From Candidatus Thalassarchaeum betae (GTDB lineage Archaea; Thermoplasmatota; Poseidoniia; Poseidoniales; Thalassarchaeaceae): a stretch of 57,258 nt of DNA. The stretch lies in the NCBI RefSeq assembly GCF_022448665.1, contig NZ_JAKUUO010000003.1; one strand, given 5' to 3'. Of the stretch, positions 25,194 through 34,245 are shown one piece after another; the stretch's first letter is position 1, and the number at the start of each line of letters is the position of its first letter. Made by a program: the position numbers and the translations under genes. The notes beneath the pieces are model-generated. The model was given only the letters and a program-made list of their open reading frames with translations. It had not been told where the DNA came from and searched no databases.

Positions 25194-26486
25194 ATGCCCC
25201 CCTTCGACCCACCAGACCGAGATGTTCAAGCAGCAAACCGAAGAAAAGCGGAAGCAGCAGAATTAGCGAAGCCGATACATGTCCTTGGCGCTGGCCTTTC
25301 GGGCCTCGCCGCTGCCACCTATCTGGCCAACGCCGGCCGCGAGGTTCACGTGCACGAGATTCGCGGTGACAGCGGTGCTCGTTTCGATGGCGATTTCCAA
25401 GGAATCGAGAACTGGACCAGTGGTAGTGACTTCTTCGATGAGATGCGCCAGTGGGGCTTCGACCCGGAGCAGTTCAAGTCCGACCCGTTCGATGTCATCG
25501 ACCTAGCCCACCCTGACGATGAAATCACCCAACCACGGACCTCGGACGTGGCCTTCCGCATCGTCGAGCGTGGCACTGCTGAGCACTGCATCGATCAGGG
25601 ATTCAAGCGGATGGCGATGGAGGCTGGTGCCCATATCCACTACGATGTCCGCAAGGATCCCGAGGAATGTCACATCATCGCTGCGGGACCCAAGGACTCG
25701 AGCGCGGTGGCGTTCGGCGAGATTTTCCACACCGATCACCCCAACCACGTCACTTTCCAACTCAACGACAAACTCGCTCCCGGGGCCTATTCCTACCTCA
25801 TCATCATCGATGGAGTGGGGCTGATCTGCACCTGCCTGTGGCGCCAGCAGAAGAATAGCTCGCGCTACCTAAACGAGACCATCGCTTGGTACGAGCAGCA
25901 CTACGATCTCAACCGCAAGCCAATCAAGAGAGTTGGCGGCAAGGGTGACTTCTCGCTGCCTACCAAGTACGTCCACGAAGGACGCTACTACGTCGGCGAA
26001 GCCGGTGGTCTGCAGGACTTCATGTGGGGCTTCGGCATGCGATACGCGGTAACCAGCGGGGTACTCGCAGCCAAGGCTGTGCTCGGCGATTGCGACTACG
26101 AAAGCGAGGTGCGCGAGCGCCTCGTTCCACTAGTCAGAGCGAGTGCGATCAACCGCTTCCTGATGAACAGAGTCGGCAACCGAGGATTCAAGATGGTGGC
26201 GAACCACTGGATGCGCGACCAGAAGAAGAAGGGAGATGGACTGGCATTCATGCGATGGATGTACAAGCCAGGACTTGGGAGGAGGATGCTGTGGCCGATC
26301 GTCAGGCTCGGAATGCTGCGCCGTAAGCAACTCAAGGACGGAAGGACGGTGCACCGCCTCCCGTTCAGGAAGTCTCTCGGTCGCGATGTCTGGGAGCCGA
26401 GTGCCAGGGGTAACGAAATCGGTGCCCAGTGGGATGCCATCCGCAGAAGCGGGGGCAATACCTCATTCAGTGAAAGTGACGCCTGA
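25194..26486 (+). CDS. FAD-dependent oxidoreductase (geranylgeranyl reductase-like)
   Basis: IHVLGAGLSGLAAATYLANAGREVHVHE dinucleotide fold. Basic C-terminal extension. 430 aa. Confidence 0.6.
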   Translation: MPPFDPPDRDVQAANRRKAEAAELAKPIHVLGAGLSGLAAATYLANAGREVHVHEIRGDSGARFDGDFQGIENWTSGSDFFDEMRQWGFDPEQFKSDPFDVIDLAHPDDEITQPRTSDVAFRIVERGTAEHCIDQGFKRMAMEAGAHIHYDVRKDPEECHIIAAGPKDSSAVAFGEIFHTDHPNHVTFQLNDKLAPGAYSYLIIIDGVGLICTCLWRQQKNSSRYLNETIAWYEQHYDLNRKPIKRVGGKGDFSLPTKYVHEGRYYVGEAGGLQDFMWGFGMRYAVTSGVLAAKAVLGDCDYESEVRERLVPLVRASAINRFLMNRVGNRGFKMVANHWMRDQKKKGDGLAFMRWMYKPGLGRRMLWPIVRLGMLRRKQLKDGRTVHRLPFRKSLGRDVWEPSARGNEIGAQWDAIRRSGGNTSFSESDA

Positions 26487-26506
26487 AAGGCGTCCGCCGG
26501 CTCCGT

Positions 26507-27397
26507 TTGGTTGATATGGCGTCCCTGAGTGGCCAAAGCATGACCACTTGGCCGGAAATGGAACCGATGCCGAACAACCTGGTGAACTACGGAGTTACAG
26601 ACAACGGAATAGCCGTCATAGAGTTGTGCTCCGATTCAGCTGGCGAGCCCCTGACCGAGGGCAAGACCCCTGTCAACACCTACACTCATTCCATGATGCG
26701 CGACATCGACGAGGCGGTACTCAGGGCTCGCTTCGACGATGATGTGACCGTGATCATGATGACTGGCCATGGCGAGAAGTTCTTCTCAGCAGGTGCCAGC
26801 ATCAGCATGCTCGACTCGGTCACTCCCGGCTTCAAGTACTTCTTCTGCCTGCATGCCAACGAGACTCTCAGCAGGCTGGAGCAGACTCCCAAGCTCGTCA
26901 TCGCCGCGCTCAACGGCCACGCGGTCGGCGGCGGTCTGGAAATCGCTATGGCTGCCGACATCCGAATCGGCCGCAAGGACTCAGGTCAGGTCGGTCTGCC
27001 CGAAGTCTCCCTCGGTGTACTCGCCGGAACCGGTGGCACCGCACGCCTGTCTCGACTGGTCGGTAAGGCGAAGGCGATGGAGATTATGGTGACTGGACGC
27101 AAGTTCTCTTACGAGGAGGCCAAGGAGATGTCTCTCGTCCACGATGTCTGGGCCGGCAGCCTCGACGAGTTCCGTCAGGATATCATGGACTACGCCGGGC
27201 AGTTCACCCTGCCATACGCTGCCAGCAAGGCCATCGGGAACATCAAGCGAAGCGTCCAGAGCGGCATGGAGATCCCGCTCGAATATCATCTGGCCCTCGA
27301 GAGGGAGTTGCAGTCGGACCTGTTCCAGAGCGGCGATGCGAAGAAGGGGATTGCGGCCTACGTCAACAGGGAAGTTCCCGAATTCGAAGGAAACTGA
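26507..27397 (+). CDS. enoyl-CoA hydratase/isomerase (crotonase superfamily)
   Basis: FFSAGASISML and AALNGHAVGGGLEIAMAADIRI oxyanion-hole segments. Confidence 0.85.
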   Translation: MVDMASLSGQSMTTWPEMEPMPNNLVNYGVTDNGIAVIELCSDSAGEPLTEGKTPVNTYTHSMMRDIDEAVLRARFDDDVTVIMMTGHGEKFFSAGASISMLDSVTPGFKYFFCLHANETLSRLEQTPKLVIAALNGHAVGGGLEIAMAADIRIGRKDSGQVGLPEVSLGVLAGTGGTARLSRLVGKAKAMEIMVTGRKFSYEEAKEMSLVHDVWAGSLDEFRQDIMDYAGQFTLPYAASKAIGNIKRSVQSGMEIPLEYHLALERELQSDLFQSGDAKKGIAAYVNREVPEFEGN

Positions 27398-27402
27398 TTG
27401 AA

Positions 27403-27422
27403 TCGCACTCTATAGAGTGCGA
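27403..27422. promoter_or_regulatory. perfect 20-nt palindrome between the crotonase and diiron oxygenase genes
   Basis: TCGCACTCTATAGAGTGCGA is its own reverse complement (checked base by base). It lies 6 nt after the upstream stop and 48 nt before the next ATG. Confidence 0.4.
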
Positions 27423-27469
27423 ATCACTGATACAGCGTTTGATATACCTGTTCTCACTGCCGTAACTGC

Positions 27470-28612
27470 ATGGCAGACGCAGAGATTGTAGAGGATTACA
27501 CTCAGAACTTCGAGGTGTGGATTCAGGATTTCAGCGAGTGGCAGACTAGAATCGGCTTCGACCCCTCATGGCTGGGCGACTACCGCTTCGATATCAAATT
27601 CGATTGGGACACCGCGGGAAGCCAAATCGAGTTCGGAGACTTCGAAGGCAAGCCCAAGTGGGAGCGGAGGATGCAGATTCCTCAGCAGACGATTCGTGAT
27701 GCGATCGTCAACATGGTCAGCGTCCAGGGCGATACCGAGTTCGCCTCAGTCGAACAGCAGAATCACCTGCTCGATTCCGCCCCCACCGAGTACGATCGCA
27801 AATCGGCGCTGCGAATCATGTGCGAGGAGCAACGCCACGGCTGGCAGATGGCCTATCTGCTGTGCACCTTCTTCGGTGAGCAGGGCGTTCGCGAGGCTGC
27901 CAAACTGCTTGAGCGAAACGCACAGGACGGAACCAGGATTCTTGGCTCCTTCAACGAGCCGATCGACCATTGGCTGGACTTCTTCATGTTCACCCACTTC
28001 ATCGACCGCGACGGCAAGTATCAGCTCAAGATGCTCAGTACATCCTCGTTCAAACCACTGGCAGCGAGCATGGGCCCGATGCTCAAGGAGGAGTCGTTCC
28101 ACCTAGGAACAGGGGCCAACGGCCTGCGCCGGGTCGTAAAGCAGGGGGTGATACCTTGCGCCCTAATCCAGAAGTACGTCAACAAGTGGGTCAGTACGGG
28201 ACTCGACCTGTTCGGTACCGATGATTCGGCCAGCGCCCAGTGGGCCTACGTCTACGGGGTCAAGGGTCGCTACGACGAGCGTGAGGCTCAGGAGGCTGCT
28301 GAAAGGGAGCATCTGAACGAGGCCAGCCGGGAGTTGTACTTCCAAGAGCTCCGCGACGAGATGCGTCGAATCAGCAGGGCGCGCAAGGATGGGGAGCCCG
28401 AGCTCTACATCCCGTCGGACAAGTTCAGGCGTGGAATCGGCAAGTACGCCGGACAGAGGTACACCGTGCACGGCGAGCCGTTCGATGGCGATGATGCCGC
28501 TTGGGACAAGTATCTCGATGAAGTCACGCCGTCGGATGAAGAAGAGGACCGCCTAGTGAACGAGTACATGCAACAGGAATGGATCCAGTACCGAGAGTGG
28601 AAGGGAGAATGA
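27470..28612 (+). CDS. ferritin-like diiron acyl-CoA oxygenase (BoxB/PaaA family)
   Basis: Two ExxH diiron motifs (CEEQRHGW, KEESFHLG). The flanking segments QGDTEFASVEQQ and IDRDGKYQL resemble benzoyl-CoA epoxidase BoxB as I recall it. 380 aa, shorter than BoxB. Confidence 0.6.
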   Translation: MADAEIVEDYTQNFEVWIQDFSEWQTRIGFDPSWLGDYRFDIKFDWDTAGSQIEFGDFEGKPKWERRMQIPQQTIRDAIVNMVSVQGDTEFASVEQQNHLLDSAPTEYDRKSALRIMCEEQRHGWQMAYLLCTFFGEQGVREAAKLLERNAQDGTRILGSFNEPIDHWLDFFMFTHFIDRDGKYQLKMLSTSSFKPLAASMGPMLKEESFHLGTGANGLRRVVKQGVIPCALIQKYVNKWVSTGLDLFGTDDSASAQWAYVYGVKGRYDEREAQEAAEREHLNEASRELYFQELRDEMRRISRARKDGEPELYIPSDKFRRGIGKYAGQRYTVHGEPFDGDDAAWDKYLDEVTPSDEEEDRLVNEYMQQEWIQYREWKGE

Positions 28613-28631
28613 ACCACTCGGGGGCCTCGCT

Positions 28632-29192
28632 ATGCAGCACATAGCCCTCACCTCGTTCGACAAAGAGCGCTGCAGGCCGTTCTTCGACCGGCTGACCGAG
28701 TACTTCCAAGAGCATCACCATTCCGAGCAACAGGATGCTGAGGCTTACGAGGAGCTGCTCTACCGCATCCGCAGGCCCTATACGCCTCAGATGCTCGACA
28801 TGATTGACGATTGGATGGGGCTCGAGAGGCGCGACTGGCGCGAGGAGACACAGAGAGAAGTCATGCTGTCTCTATATGCGATTCGCTACCCAGACACTCT
28901 GCTCATCGAGAGTCTTACCGACAAGGCTCGCTCGGACATCCGCAGACTGTCCGCCTACCTGCACTTCACCCACCACACCTACGCCATCTGGGACGAGGAC
29001 TCACGCAGAGGACTGGTAAAACTCGGCATCGACATACCCCCTACCGAGGTCGCAGAACCCTTCGTCTACGGTGCCTACGTCACGGCAATCGAGTTGTTGA
29101 AGGACGTCGCCCCTTTCACCTGCTTCCTAGAGCATGATGTACCGCGCCAGCGGCTGTTCCAAGCGGCTCTAGCGGCTTACGGCCGGGAGTGA
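28632..29192 (+). CDS. hypothetical protein (186 aa) downstream of the diiron oxygenase
   Basis: Only ORF filling the gap. 19-nt spacing to the upstream gene and 4-nt spacing to the downstream gene. No recognised motif. Confidence 0.5.
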   Translation: MQHIALTSFDKERCRPFFDRLTEYFQEHHHSEQQDAEAYEELLYRIRRPYTPQMLDMIDDWMGLERRDWREETQREVMLSLYAIRYPDTLLIESLTDKARSDIRRLSAYLHFTHHTYAIWDEDSRRGLVKLGIDIPPTEVAEPFVYGAYVTAIELLKDVAPFTCFLEHDVPRQRLFQAALAAYGRE

Positions 29193-29196
29193 TTGG

Positions 29197-30072
29197 ATGG
29201 AGATCCAAGCCGTCGCCGTCATCGGCGCCGGCACGATGGGCGCAGGGATAGCACAAGTCTGCGCTCAGAGTGGTTGGGAGACCAGACTCTACGATGCCTT
29301 TCCTGATGGGCTGGCAAAAGGAATGGCGGCAATTGACGCGTTCTGGGACAGAGGCATCGAGCGCGGCAAGACCTCGCCAGAGCAGAAGTCCGGATGGTCT
29401 AGCAACCTCAACGCGGCCAGCGATATGGCCGAAGCCGTGGCTGGAGCAGACCTCGTCATCGAGGCAGTCCCGGAGAGCATGCCCCTCAAGCAGAGCATCT
29501 TCGCCGAGCTCGAGCAGCTTGCACCGAGTCACGCCGTATTAGCCACCAACACCTCCAGTCTGCCGATCTCGGACATCGCAGGCGCTACGAGTTGCCCGGA
29601 GCGTGTTATCGGGATGCACTTCTTCAATCCGGTCCCGCTCATGGAGCTGCTAGAGTTAGTGCGCCACGATGAGGTCTCGGAGGAGACCATCGCAGCCGCG
29701 CAATCCATCGGTTCGGCGATGGGGAAGACCACCATTCTGGTTCGCGACGTACCCGGCTTCGCCAGCAGTCGACTCGGTGTCGTGCTCGGCAACGAGGCGA
29801 TGCGCATGCTCGCTGACGGAGTCGCCTCGGCCAGCGACATCGATACCGCGATGCGCTTGGGCTACAGGCACCCGATGGGCCCGCTGGAATTGGGCGACCT
29901 CGTAGGACTGGATGTCCGCAGGGACATCCTCAACAACCTCGCAGACTCGTTCGGCGACGAGACGTACCGACCCCATCCTATGCTCGACAGGCTTGTCGAG
30001 GCGGGCGACCTCGGAAAGAAGACTGGTAAGGGGGTCTACGACTGGACCAGCGGCGAGAAGGTCGAGCGATGA
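29197..30072 (+). CDS. 3-hydroxyacyl-CoA (3-hydroxybutyryl-CoA) dehydrogenase
   Basis: VAVIGAGTMGAGIAQV NAD fold, NTSSLPI, HFFNPVPLMELLE. 291 aa. Confidence 0.9.
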   Translation: MEIQAVAVIGAGTMGAGIAQVCAQSGWETRLYDAFPDGLAKGMAAIDAFWDRGIERGKTSPEQKSGWSSNLNAASDMAEAVAGADLVIEAVPESMPLKQSIFAELEQLAPSHAVLATNTSSLPISDIAGATSCPERVIGMHFFNPVPLMELLELVRHDEVSEETIAAAQSIGSAMGKTTILVRDVPGFASSRLGVVLGNEAMRMLADGVASASDIDTAMRLGYRHPMGPLELGDLVGLDVRRDILNNLADSFGDETYRPHPMLDRLVEAGDLGKKTGKGVYDWTSGEKVER

Positions 30073-31655
30073 ATGAGAGATGGGATGTCGTGGTAATCGG
30101 CTCGGGGGCCGGCGGCATGACTGCAGCCGTTGCTCTTTGTAACGCTGGAAAGAGGGTGCTCGTGCTCGAACAGCACTACCTGCCGGGTGGATGGACGCAT
30201 TCGTTCTCCCTAGACGGACATCGCTTCAGTCCTGGTGTGCACTACCTAGGCGGCCTACATGAAGGAGGTGACATGCGAGTGGTCCTGGAAGGTCTGGGAG
30301 TAGGGGGCGACATGGAGTTCTACGAACTGAATCCTGACGGCTATGACCACGTCATTGTCGGCGAGGAGCGCTTTGACATACCCAAGGGGATGTCTGTCTT
30401 CAGAGAGAGGTTGTGCGAGCGGTTTCCGCAGGAACGCAAGGGCATCGAGCGGTACTTCCGCTACATGCAGCAAATAGATGAGGAGATGAGCAGCAGCAGG
30501 AAGTTGCGCGGTCTATTTGCCCCTCTGAAGACGCTTCTCGTAGCTCCTCGACTGGCCCTGACGGGACTTCGTCCGATTTCAGGGAGAATCAGGAAGTACG
30601 TCAGTGACCCTTTGCTCATCACCATACTTGAGTCCCGCTCCGGTGACCACGGTATGAGTCCGGAGCGCGTTCCCGCTGCACAGCACATCGGCATCGAAGC
30701 GCATTACTGGGAGGGCGGCTGGTATCCCAAGGGGGGTGGAGCGGCCTTCCCGAAGGCGTTCATACGCAGGCTTAGGTCCAAAGGCGGAGAGATCAGGTTG
30801 CGCACCGAAGTCGAGAGCATACTGCTCGAAGAGGGGGCGGATGGTTGTCGGGCCACAGGGGTACGTCTGGCTGATGGCTCTGAGATCCATTCTGAAATGG
30901 TGCTCTCGAACGCAGATGCACACGCCACCTACCACAATCTGGTCGGGGTCGATCGTCTGTCAGGGAAACTGCGACGTCGCCTCGAGAGGACCGAATACTC
31001 GGTCTCCAGCCTGAGTCTGTTCATGGCCACCGACCTAGACTTGGAGGCTATGGGACTTGATTCAGGCAACTACTGGATATGCGAGAAGGCCGACATCGAT
31101 GCCATCTACCGCTATGCAGAGGAGGAGAATCTAATGGATGCGGGTCCGATAAGGGGGGGTTTCCTGACCGTCACCACTCTCAAGGACCCATCTAAGATGA
31201 AGGACGGGGTGCATACGATGGAGGCCTTCACATTCGTCTCCTACGACGCATTCAAGCCATGGCTCGGGACCAAGACAGAGGAACGCTCGGAGGAGTACGA
31301 GGAGTTCAAGCGGGACCTGACCGAGAGGATGCTTGACATGATCGATCCACTGATACCGGGACTGCGCGACCATATGCTGCTTTGCGAGTTGGGCACCCCG
31401 CTGACCAACGAATACTACGTGAGCTCGCATCGCGGCAACCTCTACGGAACCGCAAAGTCGGCGAGTCAGATCGGTCCGTTCGGTTTCCCGATAAAGACTG
31501 AGATCAACGGCCTGTACCACTGCGGCGCCTCGACGACGTCGCACGGAGTGATGGGGGCGGTCTACAGTGGACTGCTGGCCTCCAAGAAGATGCTCGGGAC
31601 GCCCATAAGAGAGATTCTTATCCATTCAGACGAGGGGAGTGTCCTTGTCCACTGA
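30069..31655 (+). CDS. FAD-dependent oxidoreductase (CrtI/retinol-saturase-like)
   Basis: VVVIGSGAGGMTAAVALCNAGKRVLVLEQHYLPGGWTHSF. 528 aa. 4-nt overlap with the upstream gene. Confidence 0.75.
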   Translation: MNERWDVVVIGSGAGGMTAAVALCNAGKRVLVLEQHYLPGGWTHSFSLDGHRFSPGVHYLGGLHEGGDMRVVLEGLGVGGDMEFYELNPDGYDHVIVGEERFDIPKGMSVFRERLCERFPQERKGIERYFRYMQQIDEEMSSSRKLRGLFAPLKTLLVAPRLALTGLRPISGRIRKYVSDPLLITILESRSGDHGMSPERVPAAQHIGIEAHYWEGGWYPKGGGAAFPKAFIRRLRSKGGEIRLRTEVESILLEEGADGCRATGVRLADGSEIHSEMVLSNADAHATYHNLVGVDRLSGKLRRRLERTEYSVSSLSLFMATDLDLEAMGLDSGNYWICEKADIDAIYRYAEEENLMDAGPIRGGFLTVTTLKDPSKMKDGVHTMEAFTFVSYDAFKPWLGTKTEERSEEYEEFKRDLTERMLDMIDPLIPGLRDHMLLCELGTPLTNEYYVSSHRGNLYGTAKSASQIGPFGFPIKTEINGLYHCGASTTSHGVMGAVYSGLLASKKMLGTPIREILIHSDEGSVLVH

Positions 31656-31675
31656 GACTCACTACGAAATGAGAG

Positions 31676-31750
31676 TGGGCCCGCCCAGATTTGAACTGGG
31701 GTCTAACGCCCCCGAAGCGCCAAGTATAGGCCAAGCTAACCCACGGGCCC
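31676..31750 (-). tRNA. tRNA-Pro (anticodon CGG)
   Basis: The reverse complement folds as GGGCCCG...GGCGC-TTCGGGG-GCGTT...CCCAG-TTCAAAT-CTGGG-CGGGCCC-A. 75 nt, no encoded CCA. Confidence 0.85.
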
Positions 31751-31811
31751 TGCGTGCGTGCGAAACCAGAATCGCGGATTAGCGTTGCTCAAGACAGGTT
31801 GCCCGAAGTGG

Positions 31812-31883
31812 TGCGGACACCGGGAGTTGAACCCGGGTTAGCAGGTTGGGAACCTGCTGTCATAACCACTAGACCATGCCCGC
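31812..31883 (-). tRNA. tRNA-Gly (anticodon CCC), CCA encoded at 31809..31811
   Basis: The reverse complement folds as GCGGGCA-TG-GTCT-AGTGGTTA-TGAC-A-GCAGG-TTCCCAA-CCTGC-TAAC-CCGGG-TTCAACT-CCCGG-TGTCCGC-A-CCA. 72 nt. Confidence 0.85.
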
Positions 31884-31893
31884 TTGATTCGTC

Positions 31894-32238
31894 TCAGTCG
31901 GTCGTGTACCCGACGGTGGCGCTGCCACCTTCGATCGACATGATATACAGCGACTTGAGATTGACGCCTGAACTGGCCATCCCCCTAGTAAACGACGCCA
32001 GGGCCCCGGGTTCGTGATCCAACTTGGCCGACTTCAGTTCAGCTACGGTGTAACTCGCTCCCATTCTATCGAGGGCCCCGGAGGTGGCATCGGGGTTGTC
32101 AGTCAGGATGGCGGCCGATGCAGTGTCGCCTCCGACGGCTACCACAGCGAGTATGTTCACATCCGCAGCGGCTATGGCTTCACAGTGGTCGGCGAGCGCG
32201 CCTGGTTCGTCGTTCATCATGATTCTGTATTCCTTCAT
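31894..32238 (-). CDS. tandem ACT-domain protein
   Basis: From Met29 of ORF 31894..32322: two repeats of the DEPGALA...VNI/L pattern (MNDEPGALADHCEAIAAADVNIL and LDHEPGALASFTRGMASSGVNL). Confidence 0.6.
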   Translation of the reverse strand: MKEYRIMMNDEPGALADHCEAIAAADVNILAVVAVGGDTASAAILTDNPDATSGALDRMGASYTVAELKSAKLDHEPGALASFTRGMASSGVNLKSLYIMSIEGGSATVGYTTD

Positions 32239-32290
32239 GAGACCTAGTCGTGGGCTTTCCACCTTCAATCTGTCGAAAACCGTCCGGACC

Positions 32291-32800
32291 TCAGATTTCC
32301 CTGGGCCGCAGTACTTCCTCAACTATCCAGCCATCGGGGGTTTCTACCAGCAGCGCAGCGGCTGCCGTCGGCATCTCGTGCCACTCGCCGGTCAGGTGGT
32401 TGATGAGATTCTCAGAGCCCGGATTGTGGCCCAGTATCATCGACGTGCCTTCGCCCAGAATGCCCTCCAACTGGATTAGCAGAGTGCTGACGTCGGCGTG
32501 GTAGATCTCTGGTCTGAGGTCTAATCTCGCACCGTCCATGTAGGGCGACATTCCCTCCAAAGTCTCGAGTGTACGTGTGGCGCTGCTCACCAAAATCAGT
32601 TGGGGGAGCCAGTCCCTCTCGGACAGGGCATCTGCCATTCGCGGGGCCTCACTTTGACCACGTGCATTGAGAGGCCTGTCGTGGTCCCTCATGTTGAGGT
32701 AGTCGTGACCGCTGTCGGCGTGACGCATCACGATGAGTCTACGAGTCACGCTTGCGAGAAGTGGGCGGCGTTCTTGAATTGCATGAATCTCATAAGACAC
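32291..32800 (-). CDS. histidine phosphatase family protein (SixA-like)
   Basis: RRLIVMRHADSGH catalytic RH motif and LGHNPG. 169 aa. Confidence 0.7.
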   Translation of the reverse strand: MSYEIHAIQERRPLLASVTRRLIVMRHADSGHDYLNMRDHDRPLNARGQSEAPRMADALSERDWLPQLILVSSATRTLETLEGMSPYMDGARLDLRPEIYHADVSTLLIQLEGILGEGTSMILGHNPGSENLINHLTGEWHEMPTAAAALLVETPDGWIVEEVLRPREI

Positions 32801-32817
32801 TGCTCAGTCGAACGGGC

Positions 32818-34236
32818 ATGCACACGCGCGAGCACCTGTACATCGGTGGCGAATGGGTGGCCCCGCGCGGAGAGGGCTCGATCGAGGTAGTCAATCCCGC
32901 CAATGAGCAGTTGATCGGTTCAGTGCCTGTCGGATCGGCGGCTGACATCGATGCCGCGGTGGCCTCCGCACGTGCCGCTTTCCCCTCTTGGTCGGAGACC
33001 CCTGTGGAGGAGCGGGCGGAGTACCTGAACAGACTCTCGGCAGCGATAAAGGAGCAGGCTGAGGAGTTGTCGCAACTCATCACATCCGAGGTCGGCACAC
33101 CGATCAACTACTGCCGGATGGCTATGGTCGGGACCCCTGCGGTCGTCTCGCGCTCATACGCAAAGATCCTAGAGGGTTTCGAGTGGGAGGAGGAGGTCCG
33201 AAATTCGCTTGTGGTCAAGGAGCCCGTGGGCGTGGTCGCGATGATCACGCCGTGGAACTTCCCGCTGCACCAGATAGTCGGCAAGGTCGCCCCGGCGATT
33301 GCAGCGGGCTGCACGATGGTAGTCAAGCCATCCAAGGAGGCGCCACTGAACGCCTTCGCCCTAACCGATATCATGCACGATATCGGTCTGCCCGCAGGGG
33401 TGTTCAACCTCGTCTCGGGCCACGGGCGCGAAATAGGTGAGGTCTTATCGAGCCATCCCAGTGTCGACATGGTCAGCTTCACCGGCTCCACCGGTGCGGG
33501 GGTGCGCGTCAGCGAGCTGGCTGCACCCAGCGTCAAGCGGGTTACTCTCGAACTCGGTGGCAAAAGCGCCAACATCATCCTCGATGACGCCGACATCGGC
33601 AAGGCCGCCGGCTCAGCCATCTACTCCTGCTTCAACAACTCGGGGCAGGAGTGCTCGGCGCTCACGCGCCTCCTCGTGCCCGAATCTAAGCGCGACGAGG
33701 TCATCGGCGTGATATCGTCTAAGATGACTCGCTACACAGTGGGTGATCCGCTCGATGAATCGATGCGCTGCGGCCCTATGGTCTCTAGGCGACAGCAGGA
33801 GAGCGTGACCGCGCACATCGCCAGTGGCATCGCAGAGGGTGCCACCTTGATCGCCGGTGGCGAAGGGATGCCAGACGGCCTTGATTCCGGTTACTACGTC
33901 AAGCCGACTGTGTTCGCTGAAGTCACTCCCGACATGACAATCTTCCGTGAGGAGATCTTCGGGCCGGTCCTCTCGATAACCACCTACTCTACAGAGGAAG
34001 AGGCAATCGCCCTCGCGAACGATTCCGACTATGGGCTCTCGGGTGGAGTCTGGTCTGGCGACGAGGGACGGGGCATGCGGGTCGCCCGTCAGATGCGTAC
34101 CGGACAGGTCAGCATAAACGGAGGACCGTTCAACATCTCAGCGCCATTCGGCGGCTACAAATTCTCAGGCAACGGCCGCGAACTCGGGGTCCACGGCCTC
34201 GATGAGTACCTTGAGATCAAGTCGATCCAGCGTTGA
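32818..34236 (+). CDS. NAD(P)-dependent aldehyde dehydrogenase
   Basis: From Met23 of ORF 32752..34236: VTLELGGKSANI glutamate motif and FNNSGQECSALTR catalytic cysteine motif. Confidence 0.9.
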   Translation: MHTREHLYIGGEWVAPRGEGSIEVVNPANEQLIGSVPVGSAADIDAAVASARAAFPSWSETPVEERAEYLNRLSAAIKEQAEELSQLITSEVGTPINYCRMAMVGTPAVVSRSYAKILEGFEWEEEVRNSLVVKEPVGVVAMITPWNFPLHQIVGKVAPAIAAGCTMVVKPSKEAPLNAFALTDIMHDIGLPAGVFNLVSGHGREIGEVLSSHPSVDMVSFTGSTGAGVRVSELAAPSVKRVTLELGGKSANIILDDADIGKAAGSAIYSCFNNSGQECSALTRLLVPESKRDEVIGVISSKMTRYTVGDPLDESMRCGPMVSRRQQESVTAHIASGIAEGATLIAGGEGMPDGLDSGYYVKPTVFAEVTPDMTIFREEIFGPVLSITTYSTEEEAIALANDSDYGLSGGVWSGDEGRGMRVARQMRTGQVSINGGPFNISAPFGGYKFSGNGRELGVHGLDEYLEIKSIQR

Positions 34237-34245
34237 GGGCTGCAG

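Noticed and set aside
31754-32017. 87-aa plus-strand ORF, and the 69-aa minus-strand ORF 3807..4016
   Set aside because: Both overlap hand-folded tRNA genes (tRNA-Gly CCC and tRNA-Gly UCC), and the tRNA explanation is far stronger.
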